Assembly (NCBI GenBank): GCA_965224025.1
Contig: OZ245033.1
Location: 992,001 to 1,056,000 of the forward strand
DNA: 64,000 nucleotides
Source of the DNA: Candidatus Multivorans sp.
Lineage (GTDB): Bacteria; Acidobacteriota; Thermoanaerobaculia; Multivoradales; Multivoraceae
Direction: 5' to 3'
How positions within the stretch are numbered: position 1 is the stretch's first letter; each line of letters opens with the position of its first letter. A program made the position numbers and the translations under genes. The notes below the pieces were generated by a model that ran no database searches, was not told the DNA's origin, and saw only the letters and a program-made list of their open reading frames with translations. This document shows, one piece after another, positions 1 through 9,749 of this stretch.

Positions 1-152
1 ACCTGTCGGGAAGGCCGGGTCTTGATCCAGCCGAACGGGCTGTCTTGCCAAGGGTCCCGTTCGACCTCTACGTACTCATCGCGGAGCAGCGCTGCGTAGA
101 GCGCCAACTCGCGCACCTCCGGATCGGCGATCGACTCCACGGCCTTGTTCAT
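1..152 (-). CDS. Partial CDS (runs off window), putative restriction endonuclease partner of the methyltransferase
   Basis: ATG at 152 overlaps the MTase stop (ATGA); reads MNKAVESIADPEVRELALYAALLRDEYVEVERDPWQDSPFGWIKTRPSRQV. Function inferred from coupling only. Confidence 0.5.
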   Translation of the reverse strand, partial: MNKAVESIADPEVRELALYAALLRDEYVEVERDPWQDSPFGWIKTRPSRQ

Positions 153-1150
153 CGCAACAGGCCCAACTGTTCAGACTCACTTGCTCGAATAGCCAACCGA
201 CGGAAACTCCCGTCGACGTAGCCCACGCCCGCCGTTCCCAAGCGATTGGCCATGACCGCGATGGCTTCGTCGTTGCTGTCGATCATCACGAAGTGCCTTC
301 CCATCTTCTGGGCGACGGCGGCCGCCGTCCCGGATCCGGCGAAGAAGTCGAGCACCCAGTCGTTCTCCTGCGACGACGCGCTCAGTATCCTTCGCAGGAT
401 GCCCTCCGGCTTCTGCGAGGCATAGCCCGTCTTCTCCTTTCCGTTCGTCGGCACGATGGTGTGCCACCAGACGTCTGTCGGCAGTTTCCCGCGTTCAGCC
501 TTCGCCTTCGAGACAAGACCGGGCGCCATGTACGGGATCCGTTCGATCGCATCCTGGTCGAAGAAGTAGCGATCGGGATCCTTGGCGTACACGAGGATTG
601 TGTCGTGTTTCGCGGGCCACTTCCGACGCGAGCGTCCGCCGTAGTCGTAGGCCCAGATGATCTCGTTCACGAAGCACTCGCGTCCGAAGATCTGGTCGAG
701 CAGCACCTTGCAATAGTGCGCCTCCCGGTAGTCAAGATGGAGGTAGAGGGTGCCATCGGGGGTCAACAGTCGGCGCGCATGCTCCAGACGCGCTCTGATG
801 AATGCGAGGTAGTCGTCGAAGGCGTCCTCATAGGACGTCGTGCCGAGCTCGACCGTACGGTACCGCCTCCCGCCGAACCCGACCCTGTCGCCTTCTTGCG
901 AGCGGACAGTGGAGATCTCCTTCCGCTGCTGGACCTTGCCGGTGTTGAAAGGCGGATCTATGTAGATCAGGCGAAAGAACTCCTCGGGAAGCGCAGGGAG
1001 CACGTCAGCGTTGTCAGCGTGGACCACCCAGTCGCATCTCCCGTCAAGGCAGACGCGCTTGCACTGAGTCTCCGCGAGACGCGTGTCGGTCCCAGCCACG
1101 CCGGGATTACTGCTTCGGCTTCTTCGGGCCGGCACGGTCACTTGGTCCAC
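149..1150 (-). CDS. Site-specific DNA N6-A/N4-C methyltransferase (beta class)
   Basis: Motif IV IYIDPPF precedes motif I VLDFFAGSGT; true start may be downstream of 1150. Confidence 0.92.
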   Translation of the reverse strand: MDQVTVPARRSRSSNPGVAGTDTRLAETQCKRVCLDGRCDWVVHADNADVLPALPEEFFRLIYIDPPFNTGKVQQRKEISTVRSQEGDRVGFGGRRYRTVELGTTSYEDAFDDYLAFIRARLEHARRLLTPDGTLYLHLDYREAHYCKVLLDQIFGRECFVNEIIWAYDYGGRSRRKWPAKHDTILVYAKDPDRYFFDQDAIERIPYMAPGLVSKAKAERGKLPTDVWWHTIVPTNGKEKTGYASQKPEGILRRILSASSQENDWVLDFFAGSGTAAAVAQKMGRHFVMIDSNDEAIAVMANRLGTAGVGYVDGSFRRLAIRASESEQLGLLR

Positions 1151-1231
1151 ACCATCGCTCGGTCCACGAGTGCACTCCAGCAGGGCTGGCCGCCACCACG
1201 GCTCGTTCAGCCAACGAGGAGAAAAAGTCGG

Positions 1232-1876
1232 CTAGCCGAGCACTTCGCATTCCTGGCACACCCAAGTCGTTCGGCGATCCGGTGAGTAGCGAAGGACACG
1301 GAGCTTGGCAGCGACGGTCAGACTCCGCGCACTCTTCATGAGTTGAAGGAGGTTGGCAGGCACCCAGAAAGTGTAGCTGTTCAACGCGTCGGCGGCCTGT
1401 TCGTGGAGCGTGACGCGACCCCAAATGCCCTTCCCGAGGTCGCCAAGCGCCGCCGCTGCCATCGTCGTCCGCGGTACCTTGAGTTTCCGGTACACGTCGA
1501 CCCGCCCCTGAACTCGCGAAGCATGCCGACGACGTCCGCTCCGGTGAGTTGAACCGGATCAACTCGGCGAATCGGATCCGGCTGGCTCGCTCGCCTGTCG
1601 GCCACGACCTCGGGACCGATCCCTCCGGTAGGCGGGCGCTGGACAGTGATGCCGCGCCTCAGCTTGACCGTGACCGCTCCGCCGGGCGTCCGCCTCCGTT
1701 CCAGGTTCCGCGCCCAGAAAATGTCGCAGTCGTGGAGCGGCCACGGAGGGCCGAGTTCATCGAAGAAGACCTTGCAGCCGCTGTCGCACTTGTAGAAGAA
1801 CACGCGGCACTCGCAGCCCAGGACAGGTGGTGGGCCAGGTAACCGCGTTGCACCAAGCACCATGGACGGAGGGCAT
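1232..1876 (-). pseudogene. Cys/His-rich putative zinc-binding protein with two frameshifts
   Basis: GAGGT RBS + ATG 1876; restored reading MPSVHGAWCNAVTWPTTCPGCECRVFFYKCDSGCKVFFDELGPPWPLHDC; extra G near 1818, missing G near 1505. Confidence 0.6.
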
Positions 1877-1924
1877 CTGGACCTCAACTCCTATTCTCGT
1901 GAGTCCGCGGAGACACGTCGTTGC

Positions 1925-4900
1925 CTACCGATCGGACCGAATCGGTACACCCTGCCGGTACTGCTCGAGCCTCCGGTTCAGAAGCTCCACGAGCCGCTCC
2001 CGGTCAGCCGGCGCCGCCTGCTGCCGCCCGGAGCCGCCGAGGATCTCCAGAGCACTTTCGACCGTTCGTACCGCGGACTCGAAGTCGCCGGTCTCGGCGT
2101 AGGCCGCCGCCAGGGTCTCGAGCAGGGCCGGCTCGGCGCCGCCGGCAACCGCGTTGAGTTCCAGGGCGATCACCAGGGCAAGCTGGCCGTCCCTGCGGGC
2201 GGCGTCGCGATCGGTCGCCAGGGTCCAGGCGAGGTCGTTGCCCCGCGCGAGCAGTCGCTCGTCCTCGACGTAGGCGCGCCGGAGTTGCTCGGCGCCCTCC
2301 GCGGCTGTGGCCGGTCCGCTCTGGAGCAGCGCCAGCCCGAGTGCGTGGCGGCCGGCGGCGTGATCGGGGTCGTGTTCGAGGAGCGAGCGGTATCCCTCCA
2401 CCGCTTCTTCCAGCCGGCCCGAAGCGGCCGTCACCTGAGCGGCGCCGAAGAGGGCAGAGGCGTCGCGGGGCTCGACCGCGAGGATCGCGCGGTAGTGCGC
2501 TGCCGCGGGTTCCAGATAGCCGCTGCGGACGGCCGCGACGGCCAGGATCCGGTGCGCCTCCACATGCCGCGGGTCGCGGTCGACAACCGCCGCGAATTGC
2601 TCCATCGCTTCCGACAGCCGGTTCAACTTGCCAAGCAACTGGCCGTAGAGGTATCTGAGATCCACGTCGTCGGGGCTCTGCTCGACGGCCCGACGAAGTT
2701 CCTCTGCCGCGGCCTCCGTTTGCCCCTCGCTGTCCAGGAGTTCGGCAAGCCGCACTCGGGCGCCGACATTGCCGGGCTCCGCGGCGAGCGCCGCCTCCAC
2801 CTCGCCGCGCACCTGGTCCACGTCGCCGGCGTCGACCAGAGCGTTCTGGTAGGCCATCCGCGCGGCCGGATCGTCCGGTTCGAGGTCCAGAGCGGCGCGG
2901 GCGTAACGCACGGCGGCCCGGTTGTCTCCGCGCCGGCTCTCGATCACCGTCAGACGCTGGAGCGACTTGAACAACCGGTCCCGCGCGCCGCGCTGCTCGA
3001 ACGAGGCCGCGACGACGCCGTCCGCCCGGCTTCCGACCAGCCGCGCCTGCTCCACCTCGACGGACCGTCGCAGCAGGGACACGGATTCGGCGGGGAAGCT
3101 GTCCTCGAACCAGCGCGCGTAGCTCGCGAGCGACACCTCGGCCGGCGGATCGGTAAACCAGCGGCCGGCGACCGGCGCCGACTCGGCTCGCAGCGTGGAG
3201 TGCGGCGCGTCGAGCAGTTCAAGGTCGGCCAGAAGATCGCCGGCGGTCACGCCGCCGCGGTAGAGAACGGCGACCCGGCCCTCGCCGTCCACCAGCATGG
3301 AGAACGGCAGCGACAGCGGAAAGCGCCGGTCGAAGAGCGACCGCTTGACGATCTCGACCTTGTCGAGGGTCTGCTTCGTCGCCATCCCGTTCAGGAAGGG
3401 GAAGCCGATCTCGTCCATGAACTTCCGAGCCGACTCCTCGGTCGTGCTCGGCACGTCGCCCATTCCGTCGGTCGACAGCGCCGCGATCTCGAGGCCGGCG
3501 GCGCGTAGCGCGTCCTCTTCGGCCGTCAAGTCGCGCAGCTCCGAGCGGCAGGGAGCACACCAGCTCGCCCAGATATTGACCAGCACCGGGCGACCCCGTC
3601 CGATCGCGATCGGCGCCGGTTCCCCGGCGCCGAAGGGACGGAGCGTTAGCTGCGGCGAAGGCGGCCGCGGCGCCAGCACGACGCGGGCGCCCGTGGTCGG
3701 CGCGGGCGGCCGCTGATCGCTCGGTTCGAGGGTCCTGCCGCGACTCAGCGCCGGCTCGGGCACCACCCGGCCGCTGCCCTGGACGATCCGGTAGCGGCCG
3801 CCGGCCGCGATGCCGCCGAACGCCTCTCGCCCGGCGCCCGGCCAGTGGACGGTCACCGTACCCGTCGGTTCGCCGTCGCCGAGGCCGAAGTGCAGCCAGC
3901 GGCTGGACTGAGAGAGAAAGCCCTCGCCGGCGCGCACCGACCGCCGCAGGATGCCGTCCGTCGTCTCGAGCTCGACCCGAGCGCCCACCGCGTCCCGGTT
4001 CGTGCCGGCGCCGTCGCCTTCGAGGTACAGCGCGACGAAGCGGCCGCCCGCGGGCAGTTCGTTGCGCATCAGCCGCAATCGGGGCGCGGTCCGGTTGCTG
4101 ATCGCCACGTCCAGGTCGCCGTCGCCCTCCAGATCGAGGAAGGCCACGCCGCGGCCGTCGTCCGGAAAGTCCAGGCCGCTCACCGCCGAGGCGTTGGCGA
4201 AGGCGCCGCCCGCCGTGCCGGGGTTCAGGAAGACGCAGTTCCGCTCGTTGCCGCTGAAGGACAGCCCCTCGTCCAGCCGCTCGTGAAGCGCGCGCAGGGA
4301 TTCGAGATACGGCGCCAGCGAACGGGCATCCGGAGCACTGGGGGCACGCGGCACGACCTGCCGCCAGAAGAAGCTTCACAGGTCGTCCGGAAGGGTCTGG
4401 GTCAGGTTGCCGTTGGCTACGACCAGATCCTCCCAGCCATCGTTGTTGATATCGGCGAACACCGACGACCACGACCACCGGCCCATCGTCACCCCGGCCT
4501 GGACGCTCCGGTCGACGAACCCGCCGCCCGTGCCCGCGAACAGGGAGTTGCCGCGGGCCATCCGCTGGACCTCCGCCAGCGGACCGGCCCGCTGCCGGTC
4601 GCGCTCGAACTTCCGCTGGTACGTGATTCGGTTGCCGGCGGCCGAGAACATGTTGCCGACGTAGATGTCCATGCGGCCATCGCGGTTGTAGTCGGCCCAA
4701 CTCACCGACATTCCGGACGAAATGTCCTCGACGCCGGCGCCGGCCGCCACGTCGACGAACGAGCCGCCTTCGTTCCGGTACAGATTGTTGCGGCCGTAGT
4801 CGTTCGCCACGTAGAGGTCCGCGTCGCCGTCGCCGTCGTAGTCTTCCCAGGACGCCGCCAGACTGAAGCGGCGGTTGTTGCGGTCGAGCCCCGCCGCGGC

Positions 4901-6199
4901 CGTCGCGTCGACGAAGCGGAAGCCGCCGTCGTTGCGCAGCAGCACGTTGCGGCCGCCGTTGTTCGCGTCGTGGTACGGCGCCGGGCTCGCCACTCCGCGC
5001 TCGTCGTAGGCGCGGCGGTAGGCGCAGACGTAGACGTCGAGGTCGCCGTCGCCGTCGTAGTCGGCCGCCGACAGCGAGTTGCTGTCGGGGATGTCGCCGG
5101 CGATGTAGCGGACGCGGGCGAAGCCGCCCTTGCCATCGTTCTCGAGCACCAGCACCGCAGGCCGGCTGGAGAGCACCAAGTCGGGATCGCCGTCGTTGTC
5201 GAGGTCGACGAACAGCCCGGCGAGGGCGCGCTCCAGGTAGTCGACCGCCGCCGCCGCCGAACGATCGTCGAACACGCCGGTCGGGTTCTGCACGTACAGA
5301 CGGTTCGGCAGTCCGCCCTGCTCGGGAAGGAAGATGTCGTCCAGACCGTCGCCGTTGACATCGGCGACGGACACGCCCTGCCATCCCGTCTTGTTGTAGC
5401 CCGCCGCCTTGGCGATCCGGTTGAGCCAGGCATCCGGTGGCTGCAGCAGTTGCTCCCGGTAACTCGAGTTGTGGCCGACGGCGGCTTCGGTGACGTCCAC
5501 GAACAGGGCCCCTCCCGCCGCGGACGTCTCCTCGTAGTCGCTCATCTCGACCGTCCGCAGGAGCGGCTCGCCGGCGCCGCCCTCGGGCAACGTCCATGTC
5601 GTCGTCCAGACCGCGTTCAACTGGCGGTCGCCCGCAGCACCGGCGACCGACGCCTCGAAGTAGGAGCGGGTCGTGAAGCTCGACCCATCGCCCTCGATCG
5701 TGAAGAGCTTGAAGTCGGCCCGCGGCGATCCGCTGCCGGTCAAGCGCCCGCCCAACACCAGCAGCGCGTCCACGAAACCCTCGACGCCCCTATAGGCGAA
5801 GGGCCCAGGCTGGCCGACACTCACGGTGAAAGTCGCACCGGCGTAGCGCTCGCTCAATTCGCCGGGGACGAAGCCCCGGGTCTCGAACGTCTCGTCAACC
5901 GCCTCATCCAAGGCATCCAGCGACACCGAGGCCACGCCGCCTTCCAGCCAGCCCGCGATGCGCTTGAGCTGCGCCTCGGCCTGTTCGCTGAGCGCTTCGC
6001 TGTCCCAGCCGTCGGCACGGGGATCGACGGCGGCGGCGAAGTTCTGCGGTCCGAAGGCGGGAGATGTCTCAACAGCCGCGGCCGCCGCGCGGCGATCCTG
6101 GGCCACCGCCGTCGGTAAGGCGCCCAGCAGGACTACCGCCGAGAGCGTAGCCGCAGCAGGCAAGACAGACGGTGGCTTCAACGAGGTTCTGAGCGCCAT
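1925..6199 (-). CDS. Exported FG-GAP/CRTAC1-like + ASPIC/UnbV + thioredoxin-like + TPR protein with in-frame TGA (candidate selenocysteine) at 4378-4376
   Basis: ORFs 4376..6286 and 1925..4354 share a frame: PDDL*SFFWRQVVPR; DxDGDGDxD repeats on both sides of the TGA; NRDAVGARV and GEGFLSQSS (ASPIC/UnbV); WASWCAPC; TPRs; signal-peptide-like N-terminus from ATG 6199. Confidence 0.8.
4348..4364 (-). promoter_or_regulatory. Candidate bacterial SECIS stem-loop
   Basis: UGA-AGCUUCUUCUG (11 nt)-GCGGCA-GGUCG-UGCCGC: perfect 6-bp stem, G-first loop, GCAGGUC shared with the E. coli fdhF SECIS. Confidence 0.72.
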
Positions 6200-6357
6200 T
6201 CGGCACGCGGGTGCTGAGTTCGGCGAAAGCGGCGTCTTCAAGCACGGCGAAGGAAGAGCCCTCGGCAGAAGGCGGCGATCCCGCAACGGAGGTCACACGG
6301 CGCGTTGGACTCTATCGGCAGCGCACTGACACCAGAGCCGCCGGCAAGCCCTCAATT

Positions 6358-6366
6358 TGCTATCAT
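6358..6366 (+). promoter_or_regulatory. Possible -10 box / antitoxin operator half-site
   Basis: TGCTATCA(T) upstream of the FitA-like gene matches the half-site I recall for Neisseria FitAB; only one clear half-site. Confidence 0.3.
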
Positions 6367-6408
6367 TTCGCCCGCAACACGTCCCTCGAGCCGAAGGGAG
6401 ACTACGAA

Positions 6409-6645
6409 ATGGGGAACTTGACTGTCCGCAACCTCGACGATCGCGTTGTGGATCAACTAAAGCAGCAAGCCCGGGAGAACCACCGCTCCCTGGAGGCCGA
6501 GGTCCGCCACCGTCTCACCGAGAGCGTCTCGAACCGGCTCCGCAGGGCAACGTTCCGCGAGCGCGCGAGGCGTCTTGCAGAGGCGACAGCCGGCACACCT
6601 CAAACGGACAGCACGATCCTGATTCGCGAAGATCGGGACCGTTGA
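6409..6645 (+). CDS. FitA-like ribbon-helix-helix antitoxin
   Basis: MGNLTVRNLDD...ARENHRSLEAEVR...TDSTILIREDRDR; GGAG RBS. Confidence 0.85.
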   Translation: MGNLTVRNLDDRVVDQLKQQARENHRSLEAEVRHRLTESVSNRLRRATFRERARRLAEATAGTPQTDSTILIREDRDR

Positions 6646-7478
6646 GGGTCACGGTCGATGCGAGCGTCGTCATCAAGTGGTACGTGGCCGAACCACGGCG
6701 GGCTGCAGCGCGCCTTCTGCTCGAAGACGGCATCGACTGCCACGCGCCCGACTTCGTCCTGATCGAATGCGCCAACGTTCTCTGGAAGAAGAGTCGCCGG
6801 AAAGAAATCGCAGACCCGGCTCTTCTCCTCGAAGAGATCCAACGGTCCGAAGTCGTCAAGCTTCACCCTTCGGCCAGCCTGCTGCTCGATGCGGCGACAA
6901 CGGCGGATGAGATAGGCCACCCCGTGTACGACTGTCTCTACATCACATGCGCTCAGCACACCGACTCCACGCTGGTCACCGACGATCGACGGCTGACGAA
7001 CGCCGTCCAGGAGAGACTGCCGTCACTCCCGGTACTGAACCTCCAGGATCCGGAGGCGACCCAGACCATCGCAGCAGCAGCTATCCGGCTAGTCATCGAC
7101 CCGGGCAGGCTCGATGAGCTACTCGGCGCCGTTCGACGGCTTGACGCCACCAGTGAGAACATCCTCAAGACCTGGCTCCGCGAAACCGGCGGATCCAGGA
7201 GCGCCGGGCCCGAAGAACGCGCTCTACTTGAGGACTCGATCCCCGTTCAGGAACTGCTCCGTCTCATCGGTGGGTTGAGCGAAGACGAGCGCGTCGACCT
7301 ACTGGCGCTCGGCTGGCTCGGCATGAGCGGCTCGGAGACCGAATCCTGGGATCGCCTGCTCATCCGCGCGAGTGAAGCGGCCGGGAGGTTCGACGCTCGG
7401 CAGATTGCGAATCTCTGTCACTACTGGGCCAAGGGTCGGGACCGTCTCGCCAGGCTCCGCACGCACACTCCCGCGTAA
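6642..7478 (+). CDS. vapC: VapC/PIN toxin with C-terminal extension (DUF3775-like)
   Basis: TTG overlapping antitoxin stop; VDASVVIKW, ECANVLWK, YDCLY, LVTDD; extra helical domain LSEDERVDLLALGWLG. Confidence 0.82.
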   Translation: MRVTVDASVVIKWYVAEPRRAAARLLLEDGIDCHAPDFVLIECANVLWKKSRRKEIADPALLLEEIQRSEVVKLHPSASLLLDAATTADEIGHPVYDCLYITCAQHTDSTLVTDDRRLTNAVQERLPSLPVLNLQDPEATQTIAAAAIRLVIDPGRLDELLGAVRRLDATSENILKTWLRETGGSRSAGPEERALLEDSIPVQELLRLIGGLSEDERVDLLALGWLGMSGSETESWDRLLIRASEAAGRFDARQIANLCHYWAKGRDRLARLRTHTPA

Positions 7479-7532
7479 CGACGCCTCCTGGCGCCGGCCC
7501 GCCAACCCGAAACCCTCTTCTATGATCAGGCC

Positions 7533-9749
7533 GTGCGCCCCAGTTCAAGGATCCCCTTCGGCCTGGGGCAGACCAAGCCGCACCACTTCCTGGAGATGGG
7601 GAAGGTCGCATGGCACAACCGGGATGAGGCCGCGTACGCGTGGCGCATCCTGCGCGACGGAGTCTGCGACGGTTGCGCCCTGGGCACGTCGGGTTTGCGC
7701 GACTGGACCCTCGACGGCGTCCACCTGTGCATGGTGCGTCTCGACCTGCTGCGGCTGAACACGATGCCGGCGCTCGACCCGGCCGTTCTCGCCGACGCCA
7801 AGGCTCTGGCCGCCCGCGGCTCCACGGCGCTGCGCGGTCTCGGGCGGCTCGCGCACCCGATGCTGCGACGGGCCGGCGAACCCGGGTTCCGGCGGATCGG
7901 CTGGTCCGAGGCGACCGACATCGCGGCCTCCGCGCTCGCGGAAGTCCGGCAACGCGATCCCGCGCGCGCGGCCTTCTTCCTGACCTCGCGCGGCATTCCC
8001 AACGAGACCTACTACGTGGCGCAGAAGGCTGCCCGCTTCTTCGGCACGCCCCATGTCGATACCGCCGCCCGCCTCTGCCACGCCGCCTCCACGGTGGCCC
8101 TGCATCGCGCGCTCGGATTCGGCGCCGCGACCAACTCCTATAGCGACTGGCTCGACGCGGACCTGATCGTCTTCTTCGGCTCGAACGTGCCGAACAACCA
8201 GCCGGTGACGATCAAGTATCTCCACGTCGCGCGCCGCCGGGGAGCCGAGATCGCGGTCGTCAACCCGTATCGCGAGCCCGGACTCGAGCGCTACTGGGTG
8301 CCGTCGGTCCCTTCGAGCGCCCTGTTCGGCACCGACCTTGCCCAGCACTGGTTCGCCGTCGACACCGGCGGCGACCTCGCCTTCCTGAATGGCGCGATGA
8401 AGGCCCTGCTCGATCTGCCAGGAGGCGTCGCGCGCGCCTTCGTCGAACGCTCCACCCAGAACTTCGCCGAGGTCGAGGCGGCGCTTGAGAGCACTTCCTG
8501 GTCTGAGCTCGAGCGCTCAAGCGGCGCCTCCCGCGCCGAGATGGAGCAATTCGCCGGGCTTCTCTGCTCCAAGCCGAAGACCGTCCTGGTCTGGTCGATG
8601 GGGCTGACCCAGCACCGCCACGGCGTCGACACCGTGCTCGCGATCTGCAACCTCGGCCTGATGCGCGGCCTCCCAGGCCGTCCCGGCGCGGGCCTGGTTC
8701 CGATCCGCGGCCACTCCGGCGTCCAGGGCGGTTCCGAGGTCGGCTGCGCTCCGGTGACCGAAGCGGAAACGCTCGACCGTTGGGCCGGGGTCTGGGGTTT
8801 CGAGCCCCCGCGCGGTCCCGGACTGGCCGCGACCGGCCAGATCGAGGCGGCGGCGGCCGGAGACATCGATGCGTTCTGGATACTCGGCGGCAATTTCCTG
8901 GAGACGACGCCCGACCGCGAGCGGATAGAGACCGCGCTGCACCGGCCGAAGCTCCGGATCCACCAGGACATCGTGCTCAACAGCGCGATGCTGGTCGAAC
9001 CAAGCGACACGGTACTGCTGCTGCCGGCTACGACCCGCTACGAGATCCCCGGAGGCGTGACCGAGACGACGACGGAGAGGCGGATCGTCTACTCGCCGCC
9101 GATCGGCTACGGAGGCGCCGAGGCGCGGCGGCTCGGCGAATGCCGCCCGGAGTGGGAAGTGCTGTGCGAGACCGTCTCCAGGGTCCGGCCCGAACCGCCA
9201 GGCGCCCTCGACTTCGCCAACACGACCGCGATCCGCGACGAGATCGCACGCGCCGAACCGCGCTACGCCGGCATCGAGCACCTGAAGCGGAAGGGCGACG
9301 AGATCCAGTGGGGCGGTCCGCGGCTGTTCGAGGGTGGACGCTTCGCGACCCCTTCGGGCCGAGCCGGTTTCCACGCCGTCGAACTGCCCGCGGAGCGCGC
9401 CCTCAGGGATGGCGAGCTCTTCCTCTCGACCCGCCGCGGCCGCCAGTTCAACTCGATGGTCCATGGCCGGCGGGACGCCCTGACCGGCCTCGAACGCGCC
9501 GACCTGTTGATGAATGCCGGGGACGGCAGTGCCCGCAAGATCGGCGAGGGGGACCGCGTCGTCGTCTCCTCGCCGGTGTCACGGATCGAGTTGGTGGCGC
9601 GCTTCGGAGCGATCAAGGCGGGCAACGTCGAAGCGCACTGGCCGGAGTGCATGGAGCTGCTGCCCTGGTCACTGGATCCCGACTCAGGCGAGCCCGAATA
9701 CGGAGTTCGGGTCAAGGTCGAACGGGTGGACGCGGGCCGTGACGGCTAG
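7533..9749 (+). CDS. FdhF/YdeP family molybdopterin oxidoreductase
   Basis: CDGCALG, ARLCHAAS, PIRGHSGVQG, STRRGRQFNSMV. Confidence 0.9.
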   Translation: MRPSSRIPFGLGQTKPHHFLEMGKVAWHNRDEAAYAWRILRDGVCDGCALGTSGLRDWTLDGVHLCMVRLDLLRLNTMPALDPAVLADAKALAARGSTALRGLGRLAHPMLRRAGEPGFRRIGWSEATDIAASALAEVRQRDPARAAFFLTSRGIPNETYYVAQKAARFFGTPHVDTAARLCHAASTVALHRALGFGAATNSYSDWLDADLIVFFGSNVPNNQPVTIKYLHVARRRGAEIAVVNPYREPGLERYWVPSVPSSALFGTDLAQHWFAVDTGGDLAFLNGAMKALLDLPGGVARAFVERSTQNFAEVEAALESTSWSELERSSGASRAEMEQFAGLLCSKPKTVLVWSMGLTQHRHGVDTVLAICNLGLMRGLPGRPGAGLVPIRGHSGVQGGSEVGCAPVTEAETLDRWAGVWGFEPPRGPGLAATGQIEAAAAGDIDAFWILGGNFLETTPDRERIETALHRPKLRIHQDIVLNSAMLVEPSDTVLLLPATTRYEIPGGVTETTTERRIVYSPPIGYGGAEARRLGECRPEWEVLCETVSRVRPEPPGALDFANTTAIRDEIARAEPRYAGIEHLKRKGDEIQWGGPRLFEGGRFATPSGRAGFHAVELPAERALRDGELFLSTRRGRQFNSMVHGRRDALTGLERADLLMNAGDGSARKIGEGDRVVVSSPVSRIELVARFGAIKAGNVEAHWPECMELLPWSLDPDSGEPEYGVRVKVERVDAGRDG

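Noticed and set aside
7533-9749. FdhF-like protein as a selenoprotein
   Set aside because: Active-site position is Cys (ARLCH) and there is no in-frame TGA
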